This document shows positions 1 to 13,463 of a stretch of DNA of 64,000 nt, one piece after another. The DNA comes from Octopus sinensis (lineage: Eukaryota). Under the pieces are notes generated by a model. It was not told the DNA's origin and ran no database searches. It saw nothing but the letters and a program-made list of their open reading frames with translations. Position 1 is the stretch's first letter; each line of letters opens with the position of its first letter. Position numbers and translations under genes: made by a program. The stretch is from positions 37,758,001 to 37,822,000 of the forward strand of contig NC_043015.1 of assembly GCF_006345805.1 (NCBI RefSeq), read 5' to 3'.

Positions 1-204
1 TTTTTCAAGTAATGCCTCAAGAAGCTTATCACCAAACTCAACTGGACGTCCTGTTTGATCTTCATCTTCAAGGCTGAAATCCCCACTTCTGAATTTTGCA
101 AACCATCTTCTGCAAGTTCTTTCATTCAAGCATTCGGTTGCAGAGTTTCCTTTTTTGTACTCATAAAGCATTATGTGCCTCAAATGCTCTTTGGATACTT
201 CCAT
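1..204 (-). pseudogene. mariner transposase N-terminal fragment (internally deleted)
   Basis: Manual translation shows the RRWF.KFRSGDFSLED...GRP motif. The segment usually found between GNSA and ERT in mariner transposases is missing. Confidence 0.85.
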
Positions 205-389
205 GTTAGAAACGGTTTTAATCAAAGATATTTTAATTCTATTATTCTGTAAAATAATATTTAATTATTTTAAATGCACACAAATGCATTAAATACATTT
301 TAATTCCATTAGACATTCTAAAATACTTTTAAATTTCATTCAATTTTAAAAAAGGTAAAATCGGACAGAACTTATGGGATGATCTGATA
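1..389 (-). mobile_element. 5' end of a mariner (Tc1/mariner) DNA transposon, running off the window edge
   Basis: Minus-strand frame from ATG at 204 reads MEVSKEHLRHIMLYEYKKGNSATECLNERTCRRWFAKFRSGDFSLEDEDQTGRPVEFGDKLLEALLEK. This is a mariner transposase HTH N-terminus with an internal deletion. A TIR-like TCAGATCATCCCATAAGTTCTGTCCG lies at 362-387, abutting TA at 388-389. Confidence 0.9.
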
Positions 390-547
390 TGTGTGTGCAT
401 ATGAACATATGTATACCCTGGCATGTGGTATCTATGTATATATATGTATGTATTTATGTATGAATATATATAGATATTTATTTAGGTATATGTATGTATA
501 TGTTATAAGATATGCATTATGTATTATTATGTATGATATATGTATAT

Positions 548-604
<57 letters not shown>

Positions 605-1593
605 TATATATATATATATATATATATATACAAATATTTATTATGTATATATGTAATATGTATATATGTCTGTCTGTCTGTGTATATATATATGATTTCT
701 ATTCATATTAATATGCCTAACTATATTAGTCAAATTGTATTCCTCTCTAAATATACATGGAAGTAAATGTCTGTTCGCATGGCTATGGATGCGTTTGTGT
801 CGTGCATGTGTGCATGCGTGTGTAACAAATTTCCTGTTACCAAAACAGTATTTTAAAATCTTTTCGTTAGTTTTTCTAAATAAATATACGTATTTCAAAA
901 CATTTACAATACATTCAATCAACCTAAGGTCAGCCTCGTTTTCAAGATATACTGTAAACAAGTTACTGAATCTTCGGTAACTAAGATTTCGAAACCAGGA
1001 GAATAAATATTGTTATGGAAGATCTAGACGATTTATTACTAGTATAGAAACTTTTATATGTCTCTGGTGATAAACCTGCTATAATTTATATATACTTATC
1101 TGTAACTTGACTGTGAAAGAAGCATTTATATTTATATATACATGCACACACACACTGACTGAGTAGCCCGTCGTTGCCGAACTCGTTTCACAATAGAGTA
1201 TCTATATTTTAATATGTTTTTTTTTTAATTCCATGTTAGACGATGTCTTTCCCCGACAGATATTCCTCTTGTTCAGGACGGATTTCTACATAATTTGCAG
1301 CAATTTATAATGTCTCGATAAACGAAATTTTTTCTTTATCCATTTGGCATACGGATGTCAAGATTTTTCTGAATTCCAGCTCTTTAACCTTTAACATAAA
1401 GCTGACCATGTGTAACGCTGGGCTCTTCAAGGTTTAGACCGGTAACCGAAAATGATGATGGTCATGGCAAAACTAAGACTCCCCTGGAAACTGAAGCCCT
1501 TTGAATTGAAATAGGACATCGTCTCCTTAGACTGTGCGACGGAGGCCCTTGTGCGCTTGTTGATGCTAGTTGATGCATCCTATCCTCGCAGAA

Positions 1594-1644
<51 letters not shown>

Positions 1645-1650
1645 GGGGAG

Positions 1651-1717
<67 letters not shown>

Positions 1718-2619
1718 CGTTTTCTGTTGCTATCACAAACTTTGGCAAGTTTGAAATTTTGATATATTGATGTCATTTCTCACGTGGAATCCGATTTTTG
1801 CGATTCATTTATTCCAGAAAAATTTCAGAAAAATGTTTAAATGTGTTTGAAGGTGTTTAATTTTTACCCAATCAGAAAACAAGATTTAGAAGCTAGCATT
1901 TTCTGCGTTATAGCAGCCTATCACAAAATGAAAGCAAGTATTACAGTGACGAAGTTTTAAGTAAAATTAAAGCAATTACATGGCACATCAAGGGAGAGAG
2001 AGGGGGAGCAGCATACGTGAAAGAAATGCATATAGAGAAAGAGGGAGTGGGGGAGAGAGAGAATGATAAATATATAGAGAGAGGAGAAAGAGTAAAGCAC
2101 AGGCAGATATGACAGAGAGGGAGGAGAAACTTGGCGATCTCAAAGTTGGGTTATTTCTCGTCTCAAATTTAATTTTTTTATTATTACCGAAAACCTTGTC
2201 TTTTGGGCGCAGATTTCGAAAATCATATCTGTTTTCTCCAGTATGCCCCCGTTTCAGTGCACTTCGGGGCTATACACACATAGATATACATAAACAGACG
2301 CACACACATATACACATACTCACACACATACACACACATACGCACACACAAACACACACACACATATATTATTCTTTTAAAAGAATAGTATTAACAGTGA
2401 CTTCGAAGTATCGGTCTGCGAAGCCATCATCGGATTGACGAAGGCTTTTGCAGGGCCGAAATTTCGAAGTCACTGGCATTACTCGTCTTGTTTAAGAATA
2501 AATATGTCAGCAAAAAGCCCCATTCCCCATTGAAAGAAAGGAATTGCACTCCTCTTTACTTCAACCTAATACACGCTTCAGATCTTGGTAGAGAGCTTTC
2601 GAGTCATGTTTATTAGTTG

Positions 2620-3440
2620 ATTCTTGCAGAACTCTAACCTTTTGGTCCCAGCACTGTTGCTTCACTTTTCGGAATTTAGTTTGAACAGAGTTTTTGGCAG
2701 ACTTGTAAAGCATTTTCTTTCCAACGCTATTCGTATCTAAATTCAGTTCTTTAGGAAATTTCTACATTTCTTGAAGCTGTTCATTTGTAACCTCATCATT
2801 TTCATGAAGCCAATCTTGCACTTTGCAGAAAAAAAACCCTAAGAACTTCTCTGGAAAGTATAAATGATATCTCTAAGTTGACCCCCAGGATTCTTCGATA
2901 TATTCTTTGATCAATTACTTCAGCAAGAATATCATTATTGCTCTCTACTTTAAGCTTTCAAATATCTCCTTATGGGTTTTTACGATTTTGTTTCATGGCC
3001 CGTTTGAGTCTGATTTTTATCATTTTGCAAACCATAGCATGGACAGATTAACATTCAGCCTTATAGAAAGAATGCGTTAATTCAAGATCATTTCTATCTC
3101 GACTTCGGACACTCATCCACTCATTCATGGGACCATGACGTGATCCAGGATGATACCAAGGTACTTGGTTTTTATTGATGGCAGAAATTCCAGACTCACT
3201 GCACAAAGATAGTAGCCGGAGTCCATTGGACTTTATTTTGCCAAGACCAAGCTTACCGAGAATATTTGGACGAGAAAGCTGATCTGATCCAATCGGAGCA
3301 TTAAAATCTCTGAAGGGAAAACTTTTGTCTTGATTGGAAATTCGGATCAATAATATTTGTAAATCGGAATACAATTTATCTTTAGCTGCATCTGTTAGGG
3401 GCCTGCGAAACTTGAGGTAGCACGGACACCGAATCAAATT
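2620..3440 (-). mobile_element. RTE-clade LINE fragment (APE endonuclease C-terminal half and linker)
   Basis: ORF 3048-3437 has KDKLYSDL...DFNAPIGSD...LGKLGLGKIKSNGLRLLSLCSE...WYHPGSRH...RSRDRND...AEC, matching the RTE APE pattern (GDFNARVG, NGLLLLxLC, TWxHPRSKHW). Stops and frameshifts follow downstream. Confidence 0.85.
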
Positions 3441-3457
3441 GTTTTAAATAATAAATA

Positions 3458-3496
<39 letters not shown>

Positions 3497-3502
3497 GATA
3501 TA

Positions 3503-3535
<33 letters not shown>

Positions 3536-4039
3536 ATTCAGATTTAAAGATTTACATATGGACTCAAGTACACATACACTCAAAAATACACTTGTATATA
3601 TTCATATATACGTAGAGAATTCCATGTCATGCTCACGAATGCTGAAACCTATGTACATGAGAACCCACATTTTCAGGCATACACTGTGCAACACATACAA
3701 ACATAATCTGCACATGGACTTACACAGAAACTCATACAAACTCATCTACATGAACAAGACCGCAAACACAACGAAATTATATATACATACGCACACACGC
3801 ACACATGCATATACACACGCTGAAAGAAAACGACACGCAAATATATATATATATATACATTAATGTACATATAAATATATAAAACATAGAAATTCATATA
3901 TATGTGTGTATATATATAGATAGAGAGAGGGGAGAGAAAGAGACAGAGAGACATATGTATGTGTGAATGCATGTATGTATACACATATATATACAGATTC
4001 ATCAGCCTGTAATGTAACAAATGGCAATGCACATGCAAC

Positions 4040-4077
<38 letters not shown>

Positions 4078-4554
4078 TAAACATTCACACATGTAAACGT
4101 GCTTAAACGCATCGAGCACGCAGACATGCGCACAATGACAAACGTCGTACATGTTTTGTCTTAAGTTGTAATCCGTTTAGAATTATGTGAAGCAAGATGT
4201 AAGAAAAGAAGAGAAAAATAAGCAATCTTGACGAAGGATGTCATATTTTACACTGCTTTTGAGGTTATTAATTCTTCGGAAAGAAAAATTCCAATCAAAA
4301 TTTACCAAAAATACATATGAACATGGAGAGAGAGACATACAGATTTTTAATTCATATGTGTGTGTATGCAAACACATATATGCGTATATTATATTTATAT
4401 AGACATATACATATATATACACATACATATATGTATATATGCATGCATACATACAAAATAGTGAGTTTGTACAAATGTACGTTAATATTTGCATAATACG
4501 CAACATATATAAATATACAATTTTTCACACACATAAATATATACATATGTATAT

Positions 4555-4661
<107 letters not shown>

Positions 4662-6054
4662 TTGTATATAAATACATATATATAGATATATAATATATAT
4701 ATATATATAATATATATATATAGATCATGTACATATATTCTTATATTCTATTATATTGTATAATATTATATATATTATATAACAAAGCGGGGGGGGGGGG
4801 AGTAAATGTATATATGGATAATGACTAATATGTGTTTGCGTAATTATGTTATGTGTGTTTATACATAAATATACATATATGCATGTATATATATATACAT
4901 ATATGCATGTATATATATATATACATATATATACATACATACATATATATATATATACATGTATCTATGTGTGTAATTACGTATGTATGTATGAATGTAT
5001 CCGTGTATGTATACACACATACAGACAAAGCTACAGGCGTACATCTAGATATACACTCTTTGTCACACACACATTGATTTTGTTATCGCTCCTGATGATA
5101 TCCAGAAAGCTACAAATATAATGATTATGACATATAACGATATTCCATGGCTAACAATTTACCGATTCTTTTATTTTTAGAGAAGGACTCAAAATTTCAT
5201 TTTCTATACATGTAGTGACATCTGTCGTAAAAAAGAAAAAAGAAATAACTAAATGCCATTATACTGACAGACTTCCCCATACCTCCGCCATTTGCATTCA
5301 GTTTCTTTCTCAGAATGATTCTCAGCCTCCCTCTTTTACATGCTTGCTCTCTTTCTCCCACTCTTTCCCCCTCTTTCTCACTCTGGATTTTTCTGTTTTC
5401 TTGTGTTTCTCTACCTAAATGTTTGTCTATGTAGGTGCATATATATGCGTGTGTGTGTGTGTGTGTGTGTGTACATATGTACATATATATACACTTTTAT
5501 AACATAAAGACCGAGAGAGAGAGAGAGAGATTGAGAAAGGAAGACAGTTCAATCTCTCCATCTTCGACTCCTTCTCTCATTTTCTCTCATTGTCTTCCTT
5601 CCGTACAATATGAAGGACGCTCTTCCGCAGTGACAGTGAAGATGGATGTATTTATCTTATGTTGAGGTTAGGCCTCTATTGATTATGTGTCTGTGTCTCT
5701 ATCTCTCTCTCTTTGTCCCTGTATCACTTCAAAGTCCCTTGCTCCTAAGAAACGAGCAATGAAACTGCCGAAGACTGCCCAGCTGCGTTTGCGATGGATT
5801 GACCAGCAACCAGATTCCTTTTCATCACATTCGCCGATTGTCTAACAAACCGAGACATTCTGAGAATAATTTTACGAGCGAATTAAACCTTTGGTTATGT
5901 CATATGTAATACAAATTAAAAAGTCTTTGATGATGCCGTTGCACGTAATTAATAAACAATTAATCATCTGTGGGTGTTAGAAATCTGAAAACGTTCACCA
6001 AGAGAGTTAACTTTAATAAGATCGATTAAATAAAGCTTTTAGAGTACAGAGACA

Positions 6055-6115
6055 ATGCGGATGGCTGAACGATGCGGATGGCTGAACGATGCGGATGGCT
6101 GAACGATGCGGATGA
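6055..6115. repeat. 17-bp tandem repeat ATGCGGATGGCTGAACG, about 3.6 copies
   Basis: Exact copies start at 6055, 6072 and 6089, with a partial copy at 6106. Confidence 0.95.
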
Positions 6116-6394
6116 CGCCTCCGGGACCGCTGACCTCAGATGACTCCAATCCCGTCAAGCATGAAGCCAAGCGACGATGGAAATTCATTTTGTCCTTCTA
6201 AACTAAATGGTAAAATCCGAAAGCACGGTCTGCTCTTGTTAGATGTTATTAGCGAAACTAAGAGTGATATAAATGCGTGTTCGCGTGTACTCGTCTGTGT
6301 ATCTGTCTGTGTGTCTGTGTGTCTTTGTGAATTCTTCTTTTATCATATTTCATTTCCGTGCTTCCATCCATGCGACTTGTATTTTTCTTTTTAT

Positions 6395-6712
6395 TTGATT
6401 CACTCGGTGGACTTTGGCCTTGCTGGGACATCGTCTTGAAGTGTTTAATCGAAGAAGTCGATCGTAATATTTACCTTTAAGCCTGCAGTTTACATTTGGC
6501 CCCTTTTTGCGCGACAATCAGAAAGGTGCACACACAGATATATGTACATTCGCGAAGGGCTTCCTTACCTTTCCGTATACCAAATCAAATCACAAGGCCT
6601 TGGTTGGCCCCAGGACTACTGAAGACTCTTACCTAAGGTACTGCACAGTGGGACCAAATCCGGAACTATTTGATACGGAAGTAAACTTGTTATAACAGCC
6701 ATGCCTACACAT
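6395..6712 (-). mobile_element. decayed SINE family A copy
   Basis: Diverged reverse complement of the family A head, CORE-like part and 3' end seen intact at 23167-23580. Confidence 0.65.
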
Positions 6713-7076
6713 ATATGTATGTGTGTGTGTATGTGTGCGTGAGTGTGTGTGTGTGTATTTGTATATATGTCTACATGGTATATACTTACAAATATACATA
6801 CATACTAACATACATATATTTATATAAATCGAAGTGTTCAGTATTATATATCCATTACGATCGATTTTACCAATCGGTTTCTTACTAAAATTTCAATGGA
6901 GTGTTAAGCAAGAATCCGGTTATGTAACCCTGCACTTTTCAGAGATGACAGTTACGGAATGAAGAGCACAGGATTATGTAATCGGACTGTTGCCTAAAAC
7001 CTCGGTGAACCCCTTGTGCTAGACCGATAAGTAAGATCGAGCGCAATGGATATATAATACTGTAAACTTTGATGAA

Positions 7077-7320
7077 TGTAGAGGCGCGTGGCATAGTGGT
7101 TAGGGTGTCAGCATCATGATCGTAAGATTGTGATTTCGATTCCTTGTGATCTTGATCAAAACACTTCATTTCACGTTGCTCCAGTCCACTCAGCTGGCAA
7201 AAATGAGTAACACTGCGAAGGACTGGCGTTCCGTTCAACTGGAGAACACATACGCCATACAAACCGACAAACCAGGCCCATGAGCCTGGCTAGGCTTTAA
7301 AAAAGGGCACATTTATTTTT
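7077..7320 (+). mobile_element. tRNA-derived CORE-type SINE, family H
   Basis: A box TGGCATAGTGG, B box-like TTTCGATTCC, CORE-like AAAACACTTCATTTCACGTTGCTCCAGTCCACTCAGC. Homologous to 50692-50940. Confidence 0.8.
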
Positions 7321-7410
7321 TATATTAAACTTTGATTAATAGACCCTCTATTGACAGATAAATGAGTGCATTTTTTCCTGACTTATGGAATCATAGGCCG
7401 CTATATATAA

Positions 7411-7499
<89 letters not shown>

Positions 7500-8289
7500 T
7501 ATATATAGTTGTGTCTGTGTCTGTGTGTACGTGTGGGTGGGTGTATATGTGTGTGTTTTCTATCTTTATCTATCTACCTATCTATCTCTATATATGTGTG
7601 TGTATGGATTATATATATATATATATATACACACAGACACACTCACACATCCACACACATACATACTTACGCACATACTCGCAGGATCGCGCACGCACGC
7701 GCTTGCGCCGGTTCGCGTACGCATACGCTCCGCAGGCACCTCGCTCTTGGAACCGACAAGACCTCCCGCCCGTTCCTGGGACCGTCGCGTGTCGTTGGGT
7801 TTTCCCACGCCCGCCTCCGCGGGACCACTCTTCCATCTTCCCCTGCTGGAGTCCTTTTTCCTTAACCCCCCCCCCTTTTTCGTTACACACACGCGCACAT
7901 ATACACACATTGCTTAAATATATACATTACTCTTACACACATTCAATCTACTCGCTATTTATACCACCACGACACGGACACACACACAACACTACTACTC
8001 AACACACGCTGGCACGCTACATACGCCCCCACCCCTTCCCCTCCCTCCCTTCCTCCTTCCTCTTTTTCTTACTACTGACCTTTGTCTGCTAAGCTGACCA
8101 CTACCTCGCCCTACCTCACACGCCTACACACAGACGCACACACTAACACACACATATATATTTTTTGTTTTTTCATCTCGCCTCACACACACAATACACA
8201 CACGCACACGCACACACTCACACATACACACACATCTGTTGCGTTACCAACCTTGTCTCCACTCTTTTGCCTTTAAAAACCCACTTTGC

Positions 8290-8526
8290 TCTGTTTTCGT
8301 AACATCCGCCTTTCACCATGTGCAACTCGTAAACACCAGTCGTCTTTTTTCTCTTTCCCTGTTGCCCGCTCTGGGATCTTTCTTTCCTCTCTCTTCTTCC
8401 TTTATGTTTCCGACGAAGAGCTCCGCTCGAAACGTCATACCTCCCTGCTTCCTTTTCCTGAGCGCCTATTAATAATAATACTGTAATTGTTCCATTGTTG
8501 TTGTTTTTTTTGTTCCCGTTTGGATT

Positions 8527-8530
<4 letters not shown>
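8290..8530 (+). mobile_element. Penelope-like element terminal-repeat relic
   Basis: Contains CCGACGAAGAGCTCCGCTCGAAACGTC followed by TTCCTGAGCGCC, shared with 33586-33630, and ends in (TA)n. Confidence 0.5.
8410..8437 (+). ncRNA. minimal hammerhead-ribozyme-like motif (U4C core variant)
   Basis: CCGACGA-A-GAGC-TCC-GCTC-GAAA-CGTC. Stem II GAGC/GCTC, GAAA, short self-complementary stem III (ACGT) and a GUC site. Confidence 0.5.
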
Positions 8531-8581
<51 letters not shown>

Positions 8582-8621
8582 TGTGAGTGTGTATTTCTAT
8601 ATATACGTGTGTATGTGCGTT

Positions 8622-8668
<47 letters not shown>

Positions 8669-9029
8669 GTGAATGAATTATCCTATGTTCTTTCCTAAGC
8701 CTTCGAACATTCTTTCAATCAACGTACCCTTCTCTCTCCACTTGTTCCCTACCTATTATTCCTTTAACCCTTCTCTTCCTACTATCTATCTTTGACGTCA
8801 ATTCTTCTAACGGTTTTTTTTTTAAACACTCATTATCGTTTTGTTTACCATGTAGGCAGTCATCGAAATTTTTGTTTGTCTTGTTGTCGAGAGAGGCTTC
8901 CTTTCTTTCCTGATAAGTTTGCATAATGCACCCTTTATTCCTTTGGAATGAAAACATGTTGTCTTCGAAACATATGTCGAGAGTAAAGGAATTTTGTTAA
9001 CATCTTCGTTCGACTCCATTCTTTCATTT

Positions 9030-9062
<33 letters not shown>

Positions 9063-10121
9063 ACATACATTGTAGTTGTCGTTGCTTGGCTTGCATACAT
9101 TATTTCTAGCTTATCAAAGCTTAGCATACGCCAGCAAATGTTTCTTTTCTTTTTTTTTTTTTTTTGCTGGTTACATATAGTAAATGCGTTCTTACTTAGC
9201 AGCGAGCAGCTGATTCGGTGTTTCTTTGTGATGGAGTGTAACCACGCAGACGAAAATGTCTTAAACGGTGTCTGATGACATTATTCAGAGAACATGTCGA
9301 TGTGATTGCTACACAGTCTATAAGGAGAACATGTTCTCTAAGACAATTGGTACGCTAGCCACCAGCGAAGGAATGTTTACTTTTGATTGTACAAATGCGT
9401 TTTATATGTGTATAAATATGTGTGTGTGTTGTGTATGTATTTGCGTGTGTAAGTATAGGTATAGTATTATTCTCATTAAAATCACATTAACACACCTATC
9501 CATCAGAAACACGTGTCGGCCTAGAATTTAATGTCTGTGTGAGTGAGAGAGAGAAAGAGTAGGTATGTGTGCATGTGTGTGCATGCATGTGTGTGTGTGT
9601 GTTTGTGTGTGTGTACGTGTGTGTTTGTGTGTGTGTGTATATGTGTGTGTGTGCGTCTGTAAATAATTACACAAGTGTGTGTATGTCCAAAATTTGCTGC
9701 TGACGTTTCGTTGGCACACGCAACGATTTTCAACTTGAAGTCACTTAACGTAACAAAGCCTGTTTTGTAATTTCATGTTTGAACAAACCAATTAAAAGCA
9801 AAATAAAAATAGAAACTTCAACAAAAGAAAAAGGAAAACATCAATAAAGAATGTAACCAAAGCAAAACACAGTTATTGAGGACTTTTGTACTTTGAGTCG
9901 ATGTTTTCTGTTATGAAGATTTCGGTTTAAATAAGAGAGAGGTTGACGGTGGTGGTTGTGGTGGTGGTGTTAATGGTACTTATGATGAAGGGGTGGCGGA
10001 GGATAGTAGAGGTAGTAGGATGCCGGTGGTGGTGATCGAGATCGATGATGATGATGATGGTGATGTGAGTGCTGGTGGTAATTGTGGTAATCTTTATGGA
10101 AATACTGCTTCTGATGATAAT

Positions 10122-10177
<56 letters not shown>

Positions 10178-10298
10178 CGTGGTGGCTGCGGCGGCGGTGG
10201 TGGTGACAATGTTCGGTATACGGTGGTGTTATTAAAGTATGTTTTAAGTTTTGGTTCTGCAATCGAATTGTGAAGTAGAAGAACGTTTAAAGACACCA

Positions 10299-10341
<43 letters not shown>

Positions 10342-11113
10342 CACACACACACACACGCACGCACGCAAATGCACACACGGCCCTCCGCATCAGTGGCTAT
10401 GCAAGGCGTACAAAATCCGTAATTTCACAGAGACGAAGTCTTTAGAATATTTCCATCCGACTGAATATTTGGATACAATGATTAATTTTTACGCAACAAC
10501 AACAACAACATCAACAGCAATAACATATATCCACACACACTCGCAAACACATACATTTATATGCACACACACACACACACACTCACACACTTATACGTTC
10601 CCATACACGGACATATCTACAAAAGCACGCATACACATACGCGCACACAGTCTCTGATTTTAAAGTTTTCATTTCTATTTTCTCCATGGTTCTACATCTC
10701 TTCTCTGATTCCCTTAATACTCGCTTCTTCTCTCTCTCCCTCTCTCTCTCTATATATATATATATATCTATCTATCTTTCTCTATATATATATTTCCCTT
10801 TCTCCCATTCAATATTTCGCGCCTTTGATGTGGGAAGGAAAGTCTTCCTAAAATGCAACACATCCTATTTCACCAGATATTAATATTTTCTCTCTCAGGC
10901 CTTTTTCTCTATTCCTGTCTCTCCCATCTCTCGAACTCTTTCGCGCTCTCTCCTTCTCTCTCTCTCTCACCCTCTCCCTCTCTCTCCCTCTCTGTATATC
11001 ACTCTCTTCTTTCTCGGTATCTATGATTCCTCTCTGTAGACAAGTACATATACACCTCTATCTTTCGACTCAATTCCCTTCATTGATCTCTTTGTAAAAC
11101 GTTTTATTTCATC

Positions 11114-11150
<37 letters not shown>

Positions 11151-11273
11151 TTTCTTTCACACTCTCTCTTACACTCGGTCTCTTTATATATATATATATC
11201 TGTGTGTGTGGGCGTGTATATATATACACACACACACATATAAATATACATATTTATATATACATATACCTAA

Positions 11274-11355
<82 letters not shown>

Positions 11356-11869
11356 GTGGGGGTGGGCGTGTATATATATACACACACACAACAGACACAT
11401 ACACACACATATATAAATATACATATTTATACATACATATACCTAAATATATATACATATATATATATGTGTGTGTGTGTGTATATAACCAGATAGTAAC
11501 TCCATATCATCACGCCTTGAATTTCTTTTAGAGCCACACTTGACGATAAGTAAATACACACACACTCACACACACACACACACATACACTCAATGGCTCT
11601 CAACTTACCAGGCTTTCTTTCTCCCAATCTCTTTTTCTCTCTCTCTCTTTCCCTCTCCCTCTATCTGCATCGTCATATCTACAAACCACTTGCCGAATGA
11701 TAGCCGGACCGACAACCTCGTTCGAAATGACATGCCGCCATGTTGTTTCGTAACTACGGAGCAGAAAGATTAAAATGCAACAAACAAACAAAAAAGGAAA
11801 AGAAACACTAAACAAAATAAAAAAAAACAATTACAACTGCTGAATAAAAAAAAGTGAAATACCCCAACA

Positions 11870-12230
11870 CATTGAGGCTGAAATAGTAATAGAAGCCGCG
11901 AAATTGGAGTAAAAAAAAAACACTTTGCATAGAGTGGATATCAAAGAATTTGGAAAAAGCGTGAAATATGAGGATCCAAGTATAAAGAGATTTTAGAATA
12001 CAAAAGTGACAATCAATCCTGTGATAATTGGTGCATTTGGCACCACAATTATGCTGCTACCTAAAAGGCTGAAGGATGCTGGAACCGACAGCTGCATGGT
12101 CGACCTGCACAAAAGTGCCGTTCTCTATTACCACAAGAGTACTAAGAAAGGTTCTTGAGATTTCGGGTGACTTATCACCAAACCTCAAGATAAAATCCCT
12201 GCTAACAAATGTAAAAGATTTCCAATAAGG
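11870..12230 (+). mobile_element. 3' end of an RLE-type non-LTR retrotransposon (R4/Dong-like) with (TAA)n tail
   Basis: Frame reads VTINPVIIGAFGTT...LKDAG...DLHKSAVL, then after a frameshift RVLRKVLEISG. This is the RLE C-terminal signature (IPVIIGALG...LQKSALL...ILRKVL). A TAA array follows. Confidence 0.8.
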
Positions 12231-12242
12231 ATTATAATAATA

Positions 12243-12325
<83 letters not shown>

Positions 12326-12332
12326 GTAATAA

Positions 12333-13420
12333 TCTCTAAAAGATTGGAATATCTAGTTTCCTGTGAGTATTTTGAATTGCCCTCAAAGTAAGTTAAGGAA
12401 CTTACACATCTGCAGCGTTCGAACACATAAACAATCAGCTTTAAAACCTTTAATATCTACACCTTCTGTGAATACTTATCACTTTTCCTTTCCCCCTGAA
12501 AATGCAAACATCCTCTTTATTCCAAGAACACTACAGTTTTCTCTGTTCGGACAGACAAAAGATCATCTACTGTAAATGTTAAAAACTTCATATCTACAAT
12601 TTTCTGTGAAAAAATTTTTACCTCACTTTTCTTTTGATTCCTTTTTCCTTGAATATTCGAAAATGTAAACATCCTTATATTGTAAAGAAGAAAAAAAAAT
12701 GTTTTCTCTGAACGGACATACAAACGAACACCTCAAACAATTTAGAAACTTTAATATTTCCAATTTTGTGTGAACACTTTGTCTTTCCTTCTTTCCTGAC
12801 TAACAGAATATGTAAACATGCCTTCTATTGTAACAACACAATTAAATGCATGATAAAAGAATAAGGAAGTAAGCACCTTCCAATATATACATTCTGCGCA
12901 ACTACAAAAACTGTAAACCACAGCAAAACTTTTAAAAAGAAGAGAAAAATTCCAAAAGAAAAAGAGAAAGAAATTTAGAAATTCAAAAATCCAACAAGGT
13001 GAACATCTCTTCCTCCTATTATTCCCAAAGACTGGAATATCTACAATTTCCGGTGAATATTTTAAATCTCCCTCAAAAGAAAATAAGTCAGGAAACTTAC
13101 ATACCTACAGCTTTCGAACAAATAAACGATCCTCCTTTTTATTCTAAGAACCATTTCTCTCTGTGTGGTCATGCAAAAGACCATATTTAGTAAATCTTAA
13201 AACTTCACTATCTACAACTTGTTTTCTTTTCTTTTTGATTCTCCCTGAGCATTCGAAAATTTAAACATCCTTTTCATTGCAAAAGTCCTGCTGTATTCTG
13301 CAACTGGACAGAATACAGACAAACGAACATCTCAAGAAAACTTTAAAACTTTAATATATTACCCAAATATTAGAAATTCAAAAATTGAATTAGAAATTCA
13401 AAAATTCAACGAAGTGAATA
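12333..13420. repeat. degenerate satellite-like array (about 150-bp subunits, about 690-bp higher-order duplication)
   Basis: AAACATCC/AAACATGCC recurs near 12507, 12667 and 12815. Block 12333-12770 is re-used at about 13023-13360 (AAGA(T/C)TGGAATATCTA...GGAACTTACA...TTCGAACA...ACAAACGAACA). Confidence 0.7.
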
Positions 13421-13423
13421 CCA

Positions 13424-13439
<16 letters not shown>

Positions 13440-13463
<24 letters not shown>

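Noticed and set aside
1400-1600. Minus-strand open stretch DASTSINKRTRASVAQSKETMSYF after a CT tract
   Set aside because: No recognisable domain and no convincing donor site, so it cannot be supported as an exon.
5720-5860. Minus-strand HRKRSWAVFGSF resembling an RTE post-RT motif
   Set aside because: Similarity is limited to a few residues and is insufficient for a call.
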